Below, piece after piece: positions 38,101 through 53,450 of a stretch of DNA of 64,000 bases. The notes under the pieces were generated by a model, which worked only from the letters and a program-made list of their open reading frames with translations, did no database searches and was not told the origin of the DNA. The position numbers were made by a program, and so were the translations under genes. The first letter of the stretch is position 1. The number at the start of each line of letters is the position of its first letter. This DNA is from the human T2T-CHM13v2.0 reference genome, Homo sapiens, in assembly GCF_009914755.1 (NCBI RefSeq), contig NC_060948.1; one strand, written 5' to 3'.

Positions 38101-41100
38101 TTCCATTCGAGTCCTTAGCATTCGATTCCATTCCATTCTATTCCATTCCTTTGGATTCCATTCTGTTCCGTTCCGTTCACATCAATTCCTTGCGATTCCA
38201 TTACATTCGATTTCTTGCCATTCGATTCCATTCCTTTTGACTCCATTTCATTCGATTCCATTCCATTCCATTAATTTCCATTCCATTCGAGACCTTTCCA
38301 TTGCAGTCTTTTCCCTTCGAGTCCATTCCGTTCGATTCCCTTCCATTCGATTCCATTCCATTGGAGTCCGTACCAGTCGAGTCCATTCTATTCCAGTCAA
38401 TTAGTTTCGACTCCATTGCATTCGAGTGCATTCCATTCCGTGGCTGTCCATTCCATTTCGTTTGATGCCATTCCATAAGATTCCATTCAATTCGAGACCA
38501 TTCTATTCCTGTCCATTCCTTGTGGTTCGATTCCATTTCACTCTAGTCCATTCCATTCCATTGAATTCCATTCGACTCTATTCCGTTCCATTCAATTCCA
38601 TTCCTTTCGATTCCCTTTTTTTCGAGAACCTTCCATTACACTCCCTTCCATTCCAGTGCATTCCATTCCAGTCTCTTCAGTTCGATTCCATTCCATTCGT
38701 TTCGATTCCATTCCATTCCAGCCCATTCCATTCCATTCCATTCCGTTCCTTTCCGTTTCATTAGATTCCATTGCATTCGATTCCATTCAATTCAATTCCG
38801 TGCTATTCAATTTGATTCATTTCCATTTAATTCCATTCCATTATATTCCATTCCTTTCGATTCCATTCCTTTCGAATCCATTCCATTGGAGTGCATTCAC
38901 TTCCAGAACATTCCATTCCAGTCGAATCCATTCGAGTACATTCCATTAAAGTTCATTACATTCTAATACATTCCATTCCATTGCATTCCATTCCATTCCT
39001 TTCGATGCCATTCGATTCCAATCCATGCCAAATCATTGCATTCCTTTCCATTCCGTTCCTATCAATTCCATTCCATTCGATTTAGTTCGATTCTATTCAC
39101 TTCCATTCCATTCGATTCCATTCCATTGGAGTCAATTCCTTTCGACACCCAGCCTTTCCAGTCAATGATTTTGGATTCCATTTTTTTGCATTCCATTACA
39201 TTCTATGACATTCGATTCCGTTTCATTGCATTCCATTCCATACATTTTTATTCCATTCGAGACCGTAGCATTCCACTTTATTCCAGGCCTGTCCATTACA
39301 CTACATTCCCTTCCATTCCAATGAATTCCATTCCATTCCAATCCATTCCTTTCCTTTCGCTTGCATTCCATTCTATTCTCTTCTACTGCATACAATTTCA
39401 CTCCATTCGTTCCCATTCCATTCAATTCCATTCCATTTGTTTCCATTCTCTTCGATTCCATTTCTTTATATTCCATGCCATTCGATTCCATTCTATTGGA
39501 TTGCATTACATTCGTGTTCATTCCATTCCAGACCATTCCATTTGACTCCATTCCTTTCGAGCCCTTTCAATTTGAGTCCATTGTTTTCCAGTCCATTTCA
39601 CTCCAGTCCATTACTATCCATTCCATACCATTCCATCCCATTCCATTCCATTCCATTGCATTCCATTGCATTCCATTCCATTCCATTCCATTGCACTGCA
39701 CTCCATTCCATTACATTCTACTCTATTTGAGTCGATTTTATTGCATTAGATTCTATTCCATTGGATTACTTTCCATTCGATTACATTCCATTCATGTACA
39801 TTCCATTCCAGTCAATTACATTCGAGTTCATTACATTACATTCCAGTATATTCCATTGTATTCGATCCCATTCCTTTCAATTTCATTTCATTCGACTCCA
39901 TTATATTCGATTCCATTCCACTCGAATCCATTCCATTAGAGGACATTCCATTCCAATGCATTCCATTCCATTCCATAGCATTCCAATGCATTCGATTCCA
40001 TTCCATTTGATGCCATTCCATTTGATGCCATTCCATGACATTCCATTCCATTCGAGTCCATTCCGTTCCAATTCATTCCATTCCGTTTCATGAAATTCGA
40101 GTCCTTTCCAGTACATTTCATTCCAATCCCATCCAATCCAATCTACTCCATTCAATACCTTTCCATTCCATTTGATTAGATTCCATTGATTTGATTCCAT
40201 TCAGTTTGATTCCATTCCGTGAAATTTCGTTCCATTCTATTCCATTGCATTACTTTCCATTCAATTCCATTCCATTTCATTTCAGTCCATTCGCTTCCTT
40301 TCCTTTCGATTCAATTCCATTTGATTCCACTCCATTCTATGCGATTTCATTCCAATCGATTCAATTCCATTCGATGACATTCCTTTCGTTTCCATTCCAT
40401 TCGAGTCCATTCAATTTGAGCATTCGTGTCCATTCTATTCGAGTCCATTCCATTACCGTCTATTCTATTCCCTTCCATTCCTGTTGATTCAATTTCATTC
40501 CCTTCCATTCGATTCCTTTCCATTCGATTCCATTCCTTTCCATTCCATTCCATTCGTTCCCATTCCATGTGATTTCATTCCATTACAGTCCATTATATTC
40601 GAGTCCACTCCACTCCATTCTATTACATTCAATTCCTTTTGAGTCCGTTCCATAACACTCCATTCATTTCGATTCCATTTCTTGCCAGTTTTCTTCCATT
40701 TTATTCCATTCCGTTCGATTCCATTCCTTTCGATTGCATTCCATTCGATTGCATTCCATTCGAATCCTTTCCATTCCATTTCATTCCATTCCTTTCTATT
40801 CCATTCCATTTCATTCGATTTGATTCCATTCTGTTCTATTCCATTCAATTCTTTTTCATTCCATTCGAATCCTTTCTATTGCAGTCCATTCCATTCGAGT
40901 CCATTCCAATCCCTTCCATTCCATTCCATTACAGTCCATTCCAATAGATTCCATTCCTTTGCCTTCCATTCGAATCCATTCCATTCTAGTCCATTCCATT
41001 TGAGTCAATTCCATTCTATTCCTTTCCAATCCATTCGATTCCATTCGATTCAATTCCATTTGATTCTCTTTCATTCTATTTTATTCCATGCCACTTGATT

Positions 41101-44100
41101 GCATTGCATTCCATTCCGTTTGATTCCAGTCCATTCAGGAAAGTTCCATTCCAGTCCATTGCTTTCGAGTCCATTCCATTCCACTCTAGTCTATTCCACT
41201 CCATTCCTTTCCATTCCATTCCATACTATTCCATTCCATTCCTTTGCTTTCCGTTTCCAATCTATTCGAGTCCATTGCATTCCAGTCCAATCCATTCGAT
41301 TACATTCTTTTGATTCCCTGCCAGTCGATTGCATTGCATACTAGACCATTCCAAACGAGTCCATTCCATTCTATTTCAACACTTTCCATTCCACTCTCTT
41401 CGAGTCCATTCCATTCCAGTCCATTTAATTCAAGGGCATTCCATTCCATTCTATTCCATTTCCTATTATTCCATTCCATTCAATTCCATTCGAGATGATT
41501 CCATTCCATTCTATACCATTGCTCTCTGTTCCATTCCATTCCATCTGTCTCCATTCCTTTCGTTTCGATTCCTTTCCATTCCATTCCATTACATTTGATC
41601 CTATTTTATTAAATTGCATTCTATTCGAGTGATTTCCATTCGAGTCCTTAGCATTCGATTCCATTCCATTCTATTCCATTCCTTTGGATTCCATTCCGTT
41701 CCGTTCCGTTCACATCAATTCCTTGCGATTCCATTACATTCGATTTCTTGCCATTCGATTCCATTCCTTTTGACTCCATTTCATTCGATTCCATTCCATT
41801 CCATTAATTTCCATTCCATTCGAGACCTTTCCATTGCAGTCTTTTCCCTTCGAGTCCATTCCGTTCGATTCCCTTCCATTCGATTCCATTCCATTGGAGT
41901 CCGTACCAGTCGAGTCCATTCTATTCCAGTCAATTAGTTTCGACTCCATTGCATTCGAGTGCATTCCATTCCGTGGCTGTCCATTCCATTTCGTTTGATG
42001 CCATTCCATAAGATTCCATTCAATTCGAGACCATTCTATTCCTGTCCATTCCTTGTGGTTCGATTCCATTTCACTCTAGTCCATTCCATTCCATTGAATT
42101 CCATTCGACTCTATTCCGTTCCATTCAATTCCATTCCTTTCGATTCCCTTTTTTTCGAGAACCTTCCATTACACTCCCTTCCATTCCAGTGCATTCCATT
42201 CCAGTCTCTTCAGTTCGATTCCATTCCATTCGTTTCGATTCCATTCCATTCCAGCCCATTCCATTCCATTCCATTCCGTTCCTTTCCGTTTCATTAGATT
42301 CCATTGCATTCGATTCCATTCAATTCAATTCCGTGCTATTCAATTTGATTCATTTCCATTTAATTCCATTCCATTATATTCCATTCCTTTCGATTCCATT
42401 CCTTTCGAATCCATTCCATTGGAGTGCATTCACTTCCAGAACATTCCATTCCAGTCGAATCCATTCGAGTACATTCCATTAAAGTTCATTACATTCTAAT
42501 ACATTCCATTCCATTGCATTCCATTCCATTCCTTTCGATGCCATTCGATTCCAATCCATGCCAAATCATTGCATTCCTTTCCATTCCGTTCCTATCAATT
42601 CCATTCCATTCGATTTAGTTCGATTCTATTCACTTCCATTCCATTCGATTCCATTCCATTGGAGTCAATTCCTTTCGACACCCAGCCTTTCCAGTCAATG
42701 ATTTTGGATTCCATTTTTTTGCATTCCATTACATTCTATGACATTCGATTCCGTTTCATTGCATTCCATTCCATACATTTTTATTCCATTCGAGACCGTA
42801 GCATTCCACTTTATTCCAGGCCTGTCCATTACACTACATTCCCTTCCATTCCAATGAATTCCATTCCATTCCAATCCATTCCTTTCCTTTCGCTTGCATT
42901 CCATTCTATTCTCTTCTACTGCATACAATTTCACTCCATTCGTTCCCATTCCATTCAATTCCATTCCATTTGTTTCCATTCTCTTCGATTCCATTTCTTT
43001 ATATTCCATGCCATTCGATTCCATTCTATTGGATTGCATTACATTCGTGTTCATTCCATTCCAGACCATTCCATTTGACTCCATTCCTTTCGAGCCCTTT
43101 CAATTTGAGTCCATTGTTTTCCAGTCCATTTCACTCCAGTCCATTACTATCCATTCCATACCATTCCATCCCATTCCATTCCATTCCATTGCATTCCATT
43201 GCATTCCATTCCATTCCATTCCATTGCACTGCACTCCATTCCATTACATTCTACTCTATTTGAGTCGATTTTATTGCATTAGATTCTATTCCATTGGATT
43301 ACTTTCCATTCGATTACATTCCATTCATGTACATTCCATTCCAGTCAATTACATTCGAGTTCATTACATTACATTCCAGTATATTCCATTGTATTCGATC
43401 CCATTCCTTTCAATTTCATTTCATTCGACTCCATTATATTCGATTCCATTCCACTCGAATCCATTCCATTAGAGGACATTCCATTCCAATGCATTCCATT
43501 CCATTCCATAGCATTCCAATGCATTCGATTCCATTCCATTTGATGCCATTCCATTTGATGCCATTCCATGACATTCCATTCCATTCGAGTCCATTCCGTT
43601 CCAATTCATTCCATTCCGTTTCATGAAATTCGAGTCCTTTCCAGTACATTTCATTCCAATCCCATCCAATCCAATCTACTCCATTCAATACCTTTCCATT
43701 CCATTTGATTAGATTCCATTGATTTGATTCCATTCAGTTTGATTCCATTCCGTGAAATTTCGTTCCATTCTATTCCATTGCATTACTTTCCATTCAATTC
43801 CATTCCATTTCATTTCAGTCCATTCGCTTCCTTTCCTTTCGATTCAATTCCATTTGATTCCACTCCATTCTATGCGATTTCATTCCAATCGATTCAATTC
43901 CATTCGATGACATTCCTTTCGTTTCCATTCCATTCGAGTCCATTCAATTTGAGCATTCGTGTCCATTCTATTCGAGTCCATTCCATTACCGTCTATTCTA
44001 TTCCCTTCCATTCCTGTTGATTCAATTTCATTCCCTTCCATTCGATTCCTTTCCATTCGATTCCATTCCTTTCCATTCCATTCCATTCGTTCCCATTCCA

Positions 44101-46353
44101 TGTGATTTCATTCCATTACAGTCCATTATATTCGAGTCCACTCCACTCCATTCTATTACATTCAATTCCTTTTGAGTCCGTTCCATAACACTCCATTCAT
44201 TTCGATTCCATTTCTTGCCAGTTTTCTTCCATTTTATTCCATTCCGTTCGATTCCATTCCTTTCGATTGCATTCCATTCGATTGCATTCCATTCGAATCC
44301 TTTCCATTCCATTTCATTCCATTCCTTTCTATTCCATTCCATTTCATTCGATTTGATTCCATTCTGTTCTATTCCATTCAATTCTTTTTCATTCCATTCG
44401 AATCCTTTCTATTGCAGTCCATTCCATTCGAGTCCATTCCAATCCCTTCCATTCCATTCCATTACAGTCCATTCCAATAGATTCCATTCCTTTGCCTTCC
44501 ATTCGAATCCATTCCATTCTAGTCCATTCCATTTGAGTCAATTCCATTCTATTCCTTTCCAATCCATTCGATTCCATTCGATTCAATTCCATTTGATTCT
44601 CTTTCATTCTATTTTATTCCATGCCACTTGATTGCATTGCATTCCATTCCGTTTGATTCCAGTCCATTCAGGAAAGTTCCATTCCAGTCCATTGCTTTCG
44701 AGTCCATTCCATTCCACTCTAGTCTATTCCACTCCATTCCTTTCCATTCCATTCCATACTATTCCATTCCATTCCTTTGCTTTCCGTTTCTAATCTATTC
44801 GAGTCCATTGCATTCCAGTCCAATCCATTCGATTACATTCTTTTGATTCCCTGCCAGTCGATTGCATTGCATACTAGACCATTCCAAACGAGTCCATTCC
44901 ATTCTATTTCAACACTTTCCATTCCACTCTCTTCGAGTCCATTCCATTCCAGTCCATTTAATTCAAGGGCATTCCATTCCATTCTATTCCATTTCCTATT
45001 ATTCCATTCCATTCAATTCCATTCGAGATGATTCCATTCCATTCTATACCATTGCTCTCTGTTCCATTCCATTCCATCTGTCTCCATTCCTTTCGTTTCG
45101 ATTCCTTTCCATTCCATTCCATTACATTTGATCCTATTTTATTAAATTGCATTCTATTCGAGTGATTTCCATTCGAGTCCTTAGCATTCGATTCCATTCC
45201 ATTCTATTCCATTCCTTTGGATTCCATTCCGTTCCGTTCCGTTCACATCAATTCCTTGCGATTCCATTACATTCGATTTCTTGCCATTCGATTCCATTCC
45301 TTTTGACTCCATTTCATTCGATTCCATTCCATTCCATTAATTTCCATTCCATTCGAGACCTTTCCATTGCAGTCTTTTCCCTTCGAGTCCATTCCGTTCG
45401 ATTCCCTTCCATTCGATTCCATTCCATTGGAGTCCGTACCAGTCGAGTCCATTCTATTCCAGTCAATTAGTTTCGACTCCATTGCATTCGAGTGCATTCC
45501 ATTCCGTGGCTGTCCATTCCATTTCGTTTGATGCCATTCCATAAGATTCCATTCAATTCGAGACCATTCTATTCCTGTCCATTCCTTGTGGTTCGATTCC
45601 ATTTCACTCTAGTCCATTCCATTCCATTGAATTCCATTCGACTCTATTCCGTTCCATTCAATTCCATTCCTTTCGATTCCCTTTTTTTCGAGAACCTTCC
45701 ATTACACTCCCTTCCATTCCAGTGCATTCCATTCCAGTCTCTTCAGTTCGATTCCATTCCATTCGTTTCGATTCCATTCCATTCCAGCCCATTCCATTCC
45801 ATTCCATTCCGTTCCTTTCCGTTTCATTAGATTCCATTGCATTCGATTCCATTCAATTCAATTCCGTGCTATTCAATTTGATTCATTTCCATTTAATTCC
45901 ATTCCATTATATTCCATTCCTTTCGATTCCATTCCTTTCGAATCCATTCCATTGGAGTGCATTCACTTCCAGAACATTCCATTCCAGTCGAATCCATTCG
46001 AGTACATTCCATTAAAGTTCATTACATTCTAATACATTCCATTCCATTGCATTCCATTCCATTCCTTTCGATGCCATTCGATTCCAATCCATGCCAAATC
46101 ATTGCATTCCTTTCCATTCCGTTCCTATCAATTCCATTCCATTCGATTTAGTTCGATTCTATTCACTTCCATTCCATTCGATTCCATTCCATTGGAGTCA
46201 ATTCCTTTCGACACCCAGCCTTTCCAGTCAATGATTTTGGATTCCATTTTTTTGCATTCCATTACATTCTATGACATTCGATTCCGTTTCATTGCATTCC
46301 ATTCCATACATTTTTATTCCATTCGAGACCGTAGCATTCCACTTTATTCCAGG
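32192..46353 (+). repeat. DYZ1 units U10-U13 (3548, 3548, 3533, 3533 bp), subtype B, closely related cluster
   Basis: GGCC at 32190, 35738, 39286, 42819 and 46352. All share CCTTAGCATT, CATTCGAGATG and CAGTCAATTAG. Confidence 0.9.
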
Positions 46354-49300
46354 CCTGTCCATTACACTACATTCCCTTCCATTCCAATGAATTCCATTCC
46401 ATTCCAATCCATTCCTTTCCTTTCGCTTGCATTCCATTCTATTCTCTTCTACTGCATACAATTTCACTCCATTCGTTCCCATTCCATTCAATTCCATTCC
46501 ATTCAATTCCATTCCATTTGTTTCCATTCTCTTCGATTCCATTTCTTTATATTCCATGCCATTCGATTCCATTCTATTGGATTGCATTACATTCGTGTTC
46601 ATTCCATTCCAGACCATTCCATTTGACTCCATTCCTTTCGAGCCCTTTCAATTTGAGTCCATTGTTTTCCAGTCCATTTCACTCCAGTCCATTACTATCC
46701 ATTCCATACCATTCCATCCCATTCCATTCCATTCCATTGCATTCCATTGCATTCCATTCCATTCCATTCCATTGCACTGCACTCCATTCCATTACATTCT
46801 ACTCTATCTGAGTCGATTTTATTGCATTAGATTCTATTCCATTGGATTACTTTCCATTCGATTACATTCCATTCATGTACATTCCATTCCAGTCAATTAC
46901 ATTCGAGTTCATTACATTACATTCCAGTATATTCCATTGTATTCGATCCCATTCCTTTCAATTTCATTTCATTCGACTCCATTATATTCGATTCCATTCC
47001 ACTCGAATCCATTCCATTAGAGGACATTCCATTCCAATGCATTCCATTCCATTCCATAGCATTCCAATGCATTCGATTCCATTCCATTTGATGCCATTCC
47101 ATGACATTCCATTCCATTCGAGTCCATTCTGTTCCAATTCATTCCATTCCGTTTCATGAAATTCGAGTCCTTTCCAGTACATTTCATTCCAATCCCATCC
47201 AATCCAATCTACTCCATTCAATTCCTTTCCATTCCATTTGATTAGATTCCATTGATTTGATTCCATTCAGTTTGATTCCATTCCGTGAAATTTCGTTCCA
47301 TTCTATTCCATTGCATTACTTTCCATTCAATTCCATTCCATTTCATTTCAGTCCATTCGCTTCCTTTCCTTTCGATTCAATTCCATTTGGTTCCACTCCA
47401 TTCTATGCGATTTCATTCCAATCGATTCAATTCCATTCGATGACATTCCTTTCGTTTCCATTCCATTCGAGTCCATTCAATTTGAGCATTCGTGTCCATT
47501 CTATTCGAGTCCATTCCATTACCGTCTATTCTATTCCCTTCCATTCCTGTTGATTCAATTTCATTCCCTTCCATTCGATTCCTTTCCATTCGATTCCATT
47601 CCTTTCCATTCCATTCCATTCGTTCCCATTCCATGTGATTTCATTCCATTCCAGTCCATTATATTCGAGTCCACTCCACTCCATTCTATTACATTCAATT
47701 CCTTTTGAGTCCGTTCCATAACACTCCATTCATTTCGATTCCATTTCTTGCCAGTTTTCTTCCATTTTATTCCATTCCGTTCGATTCCATTCCTTTCGAT
47801 TGCATTCCATTCGATTGCATTCCATTCGAATCCTTTCCATTCCATTTCATTCCATTCCTTTCTATTCCATTCCATTTCATTCGATTTGATTCCATTCTGT
47901 TCTATTCCATTCAATTCTTTTTCATTCCATTCGAATCCTTTCTATTGCAGTCCATTCCATTCGAGTCCATTCCAATCCCTTCCATTCCATTCCATTACAG
48001 TCCATTCCAATAGATTCCATTCCTTTGCCTTCCATTCGAATCCATTCCATTCTAGTCCATTCCATTTGAGTCAATTCCATTCTATTCCTTTCCAATCCAT
48101 TCGATTCCATTCGATTCAATTCCATTTGATTCTCTTTCATTCTATTTTATTCCATGCCACTTGATTGCATTGCATTCCATTCCGTTTGATTCCAGTCCAT
48201 TCAAGAAAGTTCCATTCCAGTCCATTGCTTTCGAGTCCATTCCATTCCACTCTAGTCTATTCCACTCCATTCCTTTCCATTCCATTCCATACTATTCCAT
48301 TCCATTCCTTTGCTTTCCGTTTCCAATCTATTCGAGTCCATTGCATTCCAGTCCAATCCATTCGATTACATTCTTTTGATTCCCTGCCAGTCGATTGCAT
48401 TGCATACTAGACCATTCCAAACGAGTCCATTCCATTCTATTTCAACACTTTCCATTCCACTCTCTTCGACTCCATTCCATTCCAGTCCATTTAATTCAAG
48501 GGCATTCCATTCCATTCCATTCCATTTCCTATTATTCCATTCCATTCAATTCCATTCCAGATGATTCCATTCCATTCTATACCATTGCTCTCTGTTCCAT
48601 TCCATTCCATCTGTCTCCATTCCTTTCGTTTCGATTCCTTTCCATTCCATTCCATTACATTTGATCCTATTTTATTAAATTGCATTCTATTCGAGTGATT
48701 TCCATTCGAGTCCTTTCCATTCGATTCCATTCCATTCTATTCCATTCCTTTGGATTCCATTCCGTTCCGTTCCGTTCACATCAATTCCTTGCGATTCCAT
48801 TACATTCGATTTCTTGCCATTCGATTCCATTCCTTTTGACTCCATTTCATTCGATTCCATTCCATTCCATTAATTTCCATTCCATTCGAGACCTTTCCAT
48901 TGCAGTCTTTTCCCTTCGAGTCCATTCCTTTCGATTCCCTTCCATTCGATTCCATTCCATTGGAGTCCGTACCAGTCGAGTCCATTCTATTCCAGTCAAT
49001 TAGTTTCGACTCCATTGCATTCGAGTGCATTCCATTCCGTGGCTGTCCATTCCATTTCGTTTGATGCCATTCCATAAGATTCCATTCAATTCGAGACCAT
49101 TCTATTCCTGTCCATTCCTTGTGGTTCGATTCCATTTCACTCTAGTCCATTCCATTCCATTGAATTCCATTCGACTCTATTCCGTTCCATTCAATTCCAT
49201 TCCTTTCGATTCCCTTTTTTTCGAGAACCTTCCATTACACTCCCTTCCATTCCAGTGCATTCCATTCCAGTCTCTTCAGTTCGATTCCATTCCATTCGTT

Positions 49301-49891
49301 TCGATTCCATTCCATTCCAGCCCATTCCATTCCATTCCATTCCATTCCTTTCCTTTCCGTTTCATTAGATTCCATTGCATTCGATTCCATTCAATTCAAT
49401 TCCGTGCTATTCAATTTGATTCATTTCCATTTAATTCCATTCCATTATATTCCATTCCTTTCGATTCCATTCCTTTCGAATCCATTCCATTGGAGTGCAT
49501 TCACTTCCAGAACATTCCATTCCAGTCGAATCCATTCGAGTACATTCCATTAAAGTTCATTACATTCTAATACATTCCATTCCATTGCATTCCATTCCAT
49601 TCCTTTCGATGCCATTCGATTCCAATCCATGCCAAATCATTGCATTCCTTTCCATTCCGTTCCTATCAATTCCATTCCATTCGATTTAGTTCGATTCTAT
49701 TCACTTCCATTCCATTCGATTCCATTCCATTGGAGTCAATTCCTTTCGACACCCAGCCTTTCCAGTCAATGATTTTGGATTCCATTTTTTTGCATTCCAT
49801 TACATTCTATGACATTCGATTCCGTTTCATTGCATTCCATTCCATACATTTTTATTCCATTCGAGACCGTAGCATTCCACTTTATTCCAGG
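46354..49891 (+). repeat. DYZ1 unit U14, 3538 bp, subtype B
   Basis: GGCC at 46352 and 49890. Lacks the 15-bp TTGATGCCATTCCAT duplication; has a 5-bp insertion near 49340. Confidence 0.88.
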
Positions 49892-52800
49892 CCTGTCCAT
49901 TACACTACATTCCCTTCCATTCCAATGAATTCCATTCCATTCCAATCCATTCCTTTCCTTTCGCTTGCATTCCATTCTATTCTCTTCTACTGCATACAAT
50001 TTCACTCCATTCGTTCCCATTCCATTCAATTCCATTCCATTCAATTCCATTCCATTTGTTTCCATTCTCTTCGATTCCATTTCTTTATATTCCATGCCAT
50101 TCGATTCCATTCTATTGGATTGCATTACATTCGTGTTCATTCCATTCCAGACCATTCCATTTGACTCCATTCCTTTCGAGCCCTTTCAATTTGAGTCCAT
50201 TCTTTTCCAGTCCATTTCACTCCAGTCCATTACTATCCATTCCATACCATTCCATCCCATTCCATTCCATTCCATTGCATTCCATTGCATTCCATTCCAT
50301 TCCATTCCATTGCACTGCACTCCATTCCATTACTTTCTACTCTATCTGAGTCGATTTTATTGCATTAGATTCTATTCCATTGGATTACTTTCCATTCGAT
50401 TACATTCCATTCATGTACATTCCATTCCAGTCAATTACATTCGAGTTCATTACATTACATTCCAGTATATTCCGTTGTATTCGATCCCATTCCTTTCAAT
50501 TTCATTTCATTCGACTCCATTATATTCGATTCCATTCCACTCGAATCCATTCCATTAGAGGACATTCCATTCCAATGCATTCCATTCCATTCCATAGCAT
50601 TCCAATGCATTCGATTCCATTCCATTTGATGCCATTCCATTTGATGCCATTCCATGACATTCCATTCCATTCGAGTCCATTCCGTTCCAATTCATTCCAT
50701 TCCGTTTCATGAAATTCGAGTCCTTTCCAGTACATTTCATTCCAATCCCATCCAATCCAATCTACTCCATTCAATTCCTTTCCATTCCATTTGATTAGAT
50801 TCCATTGATTTGATTCCATTCAGTTTGATTCCATTCCGTGAAATTTCGTTCCATTCTATTCCATTGCATTACTTTCCATTCAATTCCATTCCATTTCATT
50901 TCAGTCCATTCGCTTCCTTTCCTTTCGATTCAATTCCATTTGATTCCACTCCATTCTATGCGATTTCATTCCAATCGATTCAATTCCATTCGATGACATT
51001 CCTTTCGTTTCCATTCCATTCGAGTCCATTCAATTTGAGCATTCGTGTCCATTCTATTCGAGTCCATTCCATTACCGTCTATTCTATTCCCTTCCATTCC
51101 TGTTGATTCAATTTCATTCCCTTCCATTCGATTCCTTTCCATTCGATTCCATTCCTTTCCATTCCATTCCATTCGTTCCCATTCCATGTGATTTCATTCC
51201 ATTCCAGTCCATTATATTCGAGTCCACTCCACTCCATTCTATTACATTCAATTCCTTTTGAGTCCTTTCCATAACACTCCATTCATTTCGATTCCATTTC
51301 TTGCCAGTTTTCTTCCATTTTATTCCATTCCGTTCGATTCCATTCCTTTCGATTCCATTCCATTCGATTGCATTCCATTCGAATCCTTTCCATTCCATTT
51401 CATTCCATTCCTTTCTATTCCATTCCATTTCATTCGATTTGATTTCATTCTGTTCTATTCCATTCAATTCTTTTTCATTCCATTCGAATCCTTTCTATTG
51501 CAGTCCATTCCATTCGAGTCCATTCCAATCCCTTCCATTCCATTCCATTACAGTCCATTCCAATAGATTCCATTCCTTTGCCTTCCATTCGAATCCATTC
51601 CATTCTAGTCCATTCCATTTGAGTCAATTCCATTCCATGCCATTCTATTACTTTCCAATCCATTCGATTACATTCGATTCAATTCCATTTGATTCTCTTT
51701 CATTCTATTTTATTCCATGCCATTTGATTGCATTGCATTCCATTCCGTTTGATTCCAGTCCATTCAATAAAGTTCCATTCCAGTCCATTGCTTTCGAGTC
51801 CATTCCATTCCACTCTAGTCTATTCCACTCCATTCCTTTCCATTCCATTCCATACTATTCCATTCCATTCCTTTGCTTTCCTTTTCCAATCTATTCGAGT
51901 CCATTGCATTCCAGTCCAATCCATTCGATTACATTCCTTTTGATTCCCTGCCAGTCGATTGCATTGCATATTAGACCATTCCAAAGGAGTCCATTCCATT
52001 CTATTTCAACACTTTCCATTCCACTCTCTTCGAGTCCATTCCATTCCAGTCCATTTAATTCAAGGGCATTCCATTCCCTTCTATTCCATTTCATATTATT
52101 CCATTCCATTCAATTACATTCCAGATGATTCCATTCCATTCTATACCATTGCTCTCTGTTCCATTCCATTCCATCTGTCTCCATTCCTTTCGTTTCGATT
52201 CCTTTCCATTCCATTCCATTACATTTGATCCTATTTTATTAAATTGCATTCTATTCGAGTGATTTCCATTCGAGTCCTTTCCATTCGATTCCATTCCATT
52301 CTATTCCATTCCTTTGGATTCCATTCCGTTCCGTTCCGTTCACATCAATTCCTTGCGATTCCATTACATTCGATTTCTTGCCATTCGATTCCATTCCTTT
52401 TGACTCCATTTCATTCGATTCCATTCCATTCCATTAATTTCCATTCCATTCGAGACCTTTCCATTGCAGTCTTTTCCCTTCGAGTCCATTCCGTTCGATT
52501 CCCTTCCATTCGATTCCATTCCATTGGAGTCCGTACCAGTCGAGTCCATTCTATTCCAGTCCATTAGTTTCGACTCCATTGCATTCGAGTGCATTCCATT
52601 CCGTGGCTGTCCATTCCATTTCGTTTGATGCCATTCCATAAGATTCCATTCAATTCGAGACCATTCTATTGCTGTCCATTCCTTGTGGTTCGATTCCATT
52701 TCACTCTAGTCCATTCCATTCCATTGAATTCCATTCGACTCTATTCCGTTCCATTCAATTCCATTCCTTTCGATTCCATTTTTTTCGAGAACCTTCCATT

Positions 52801-53450
52801 ACACTCCCTTCCTTTCCAGTGCATTCCATTCCAGTCTCTTCAGTTCGATTCCATTCCATTCGTATCGATTCCATTCCATTCCAGCCCATTCCATTCCATT
52901 CCATTCCTTTCCTTTCCGTTTCATTAGATTCCATTGCATTCGATTCCATTCAATTCAACTCCGTGCTATTCAATTTGATTCATTTCCATTTAATTCCATT
53001 CCATTATATTCCATTCCTTTCGATTCCATTCCTTTCGAATCCATTCCATTGGAGTGCATTCACTTCCAGAACATTCCATTCCAGTCGAATCCATTCGAGT
53101 ACATTCCATTAAAGTTCATTACATTCTAATACATTCCATTCCATTGCATTCCATTCCATTCCTTTCGATGCCATTCGATTCCATTCCATGCCAAATCATT
53201 GCATTCCTTTCCATTCCGTTCCTATCAATTCCATTCCATTCGATTTAGTTCGATTCTATTCACTTCCATTCCATTCGATTCCATTCCATTGGAGTCAATT
53301 CCTTTCGACACCCAGCCTTTCCAGTCAATGATTTTGGATTCCATTTTTTTGCATTCCATTACATTCTATGACATTCGATTCCGTTTCATTGCATTCCATT
53401 CCATACATTTTTATTCCATTCGAGACCGTAGCATTCCCCTTTATTCCAGG
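49892..53450 (+). repeat. DYZ1 unit U15, 3559 bp, subtype B with a divergent internal tract
   Basis: GGCC at 49890 and 53449. Many private variants between 51265 and 52960. Confidence 0.88.
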
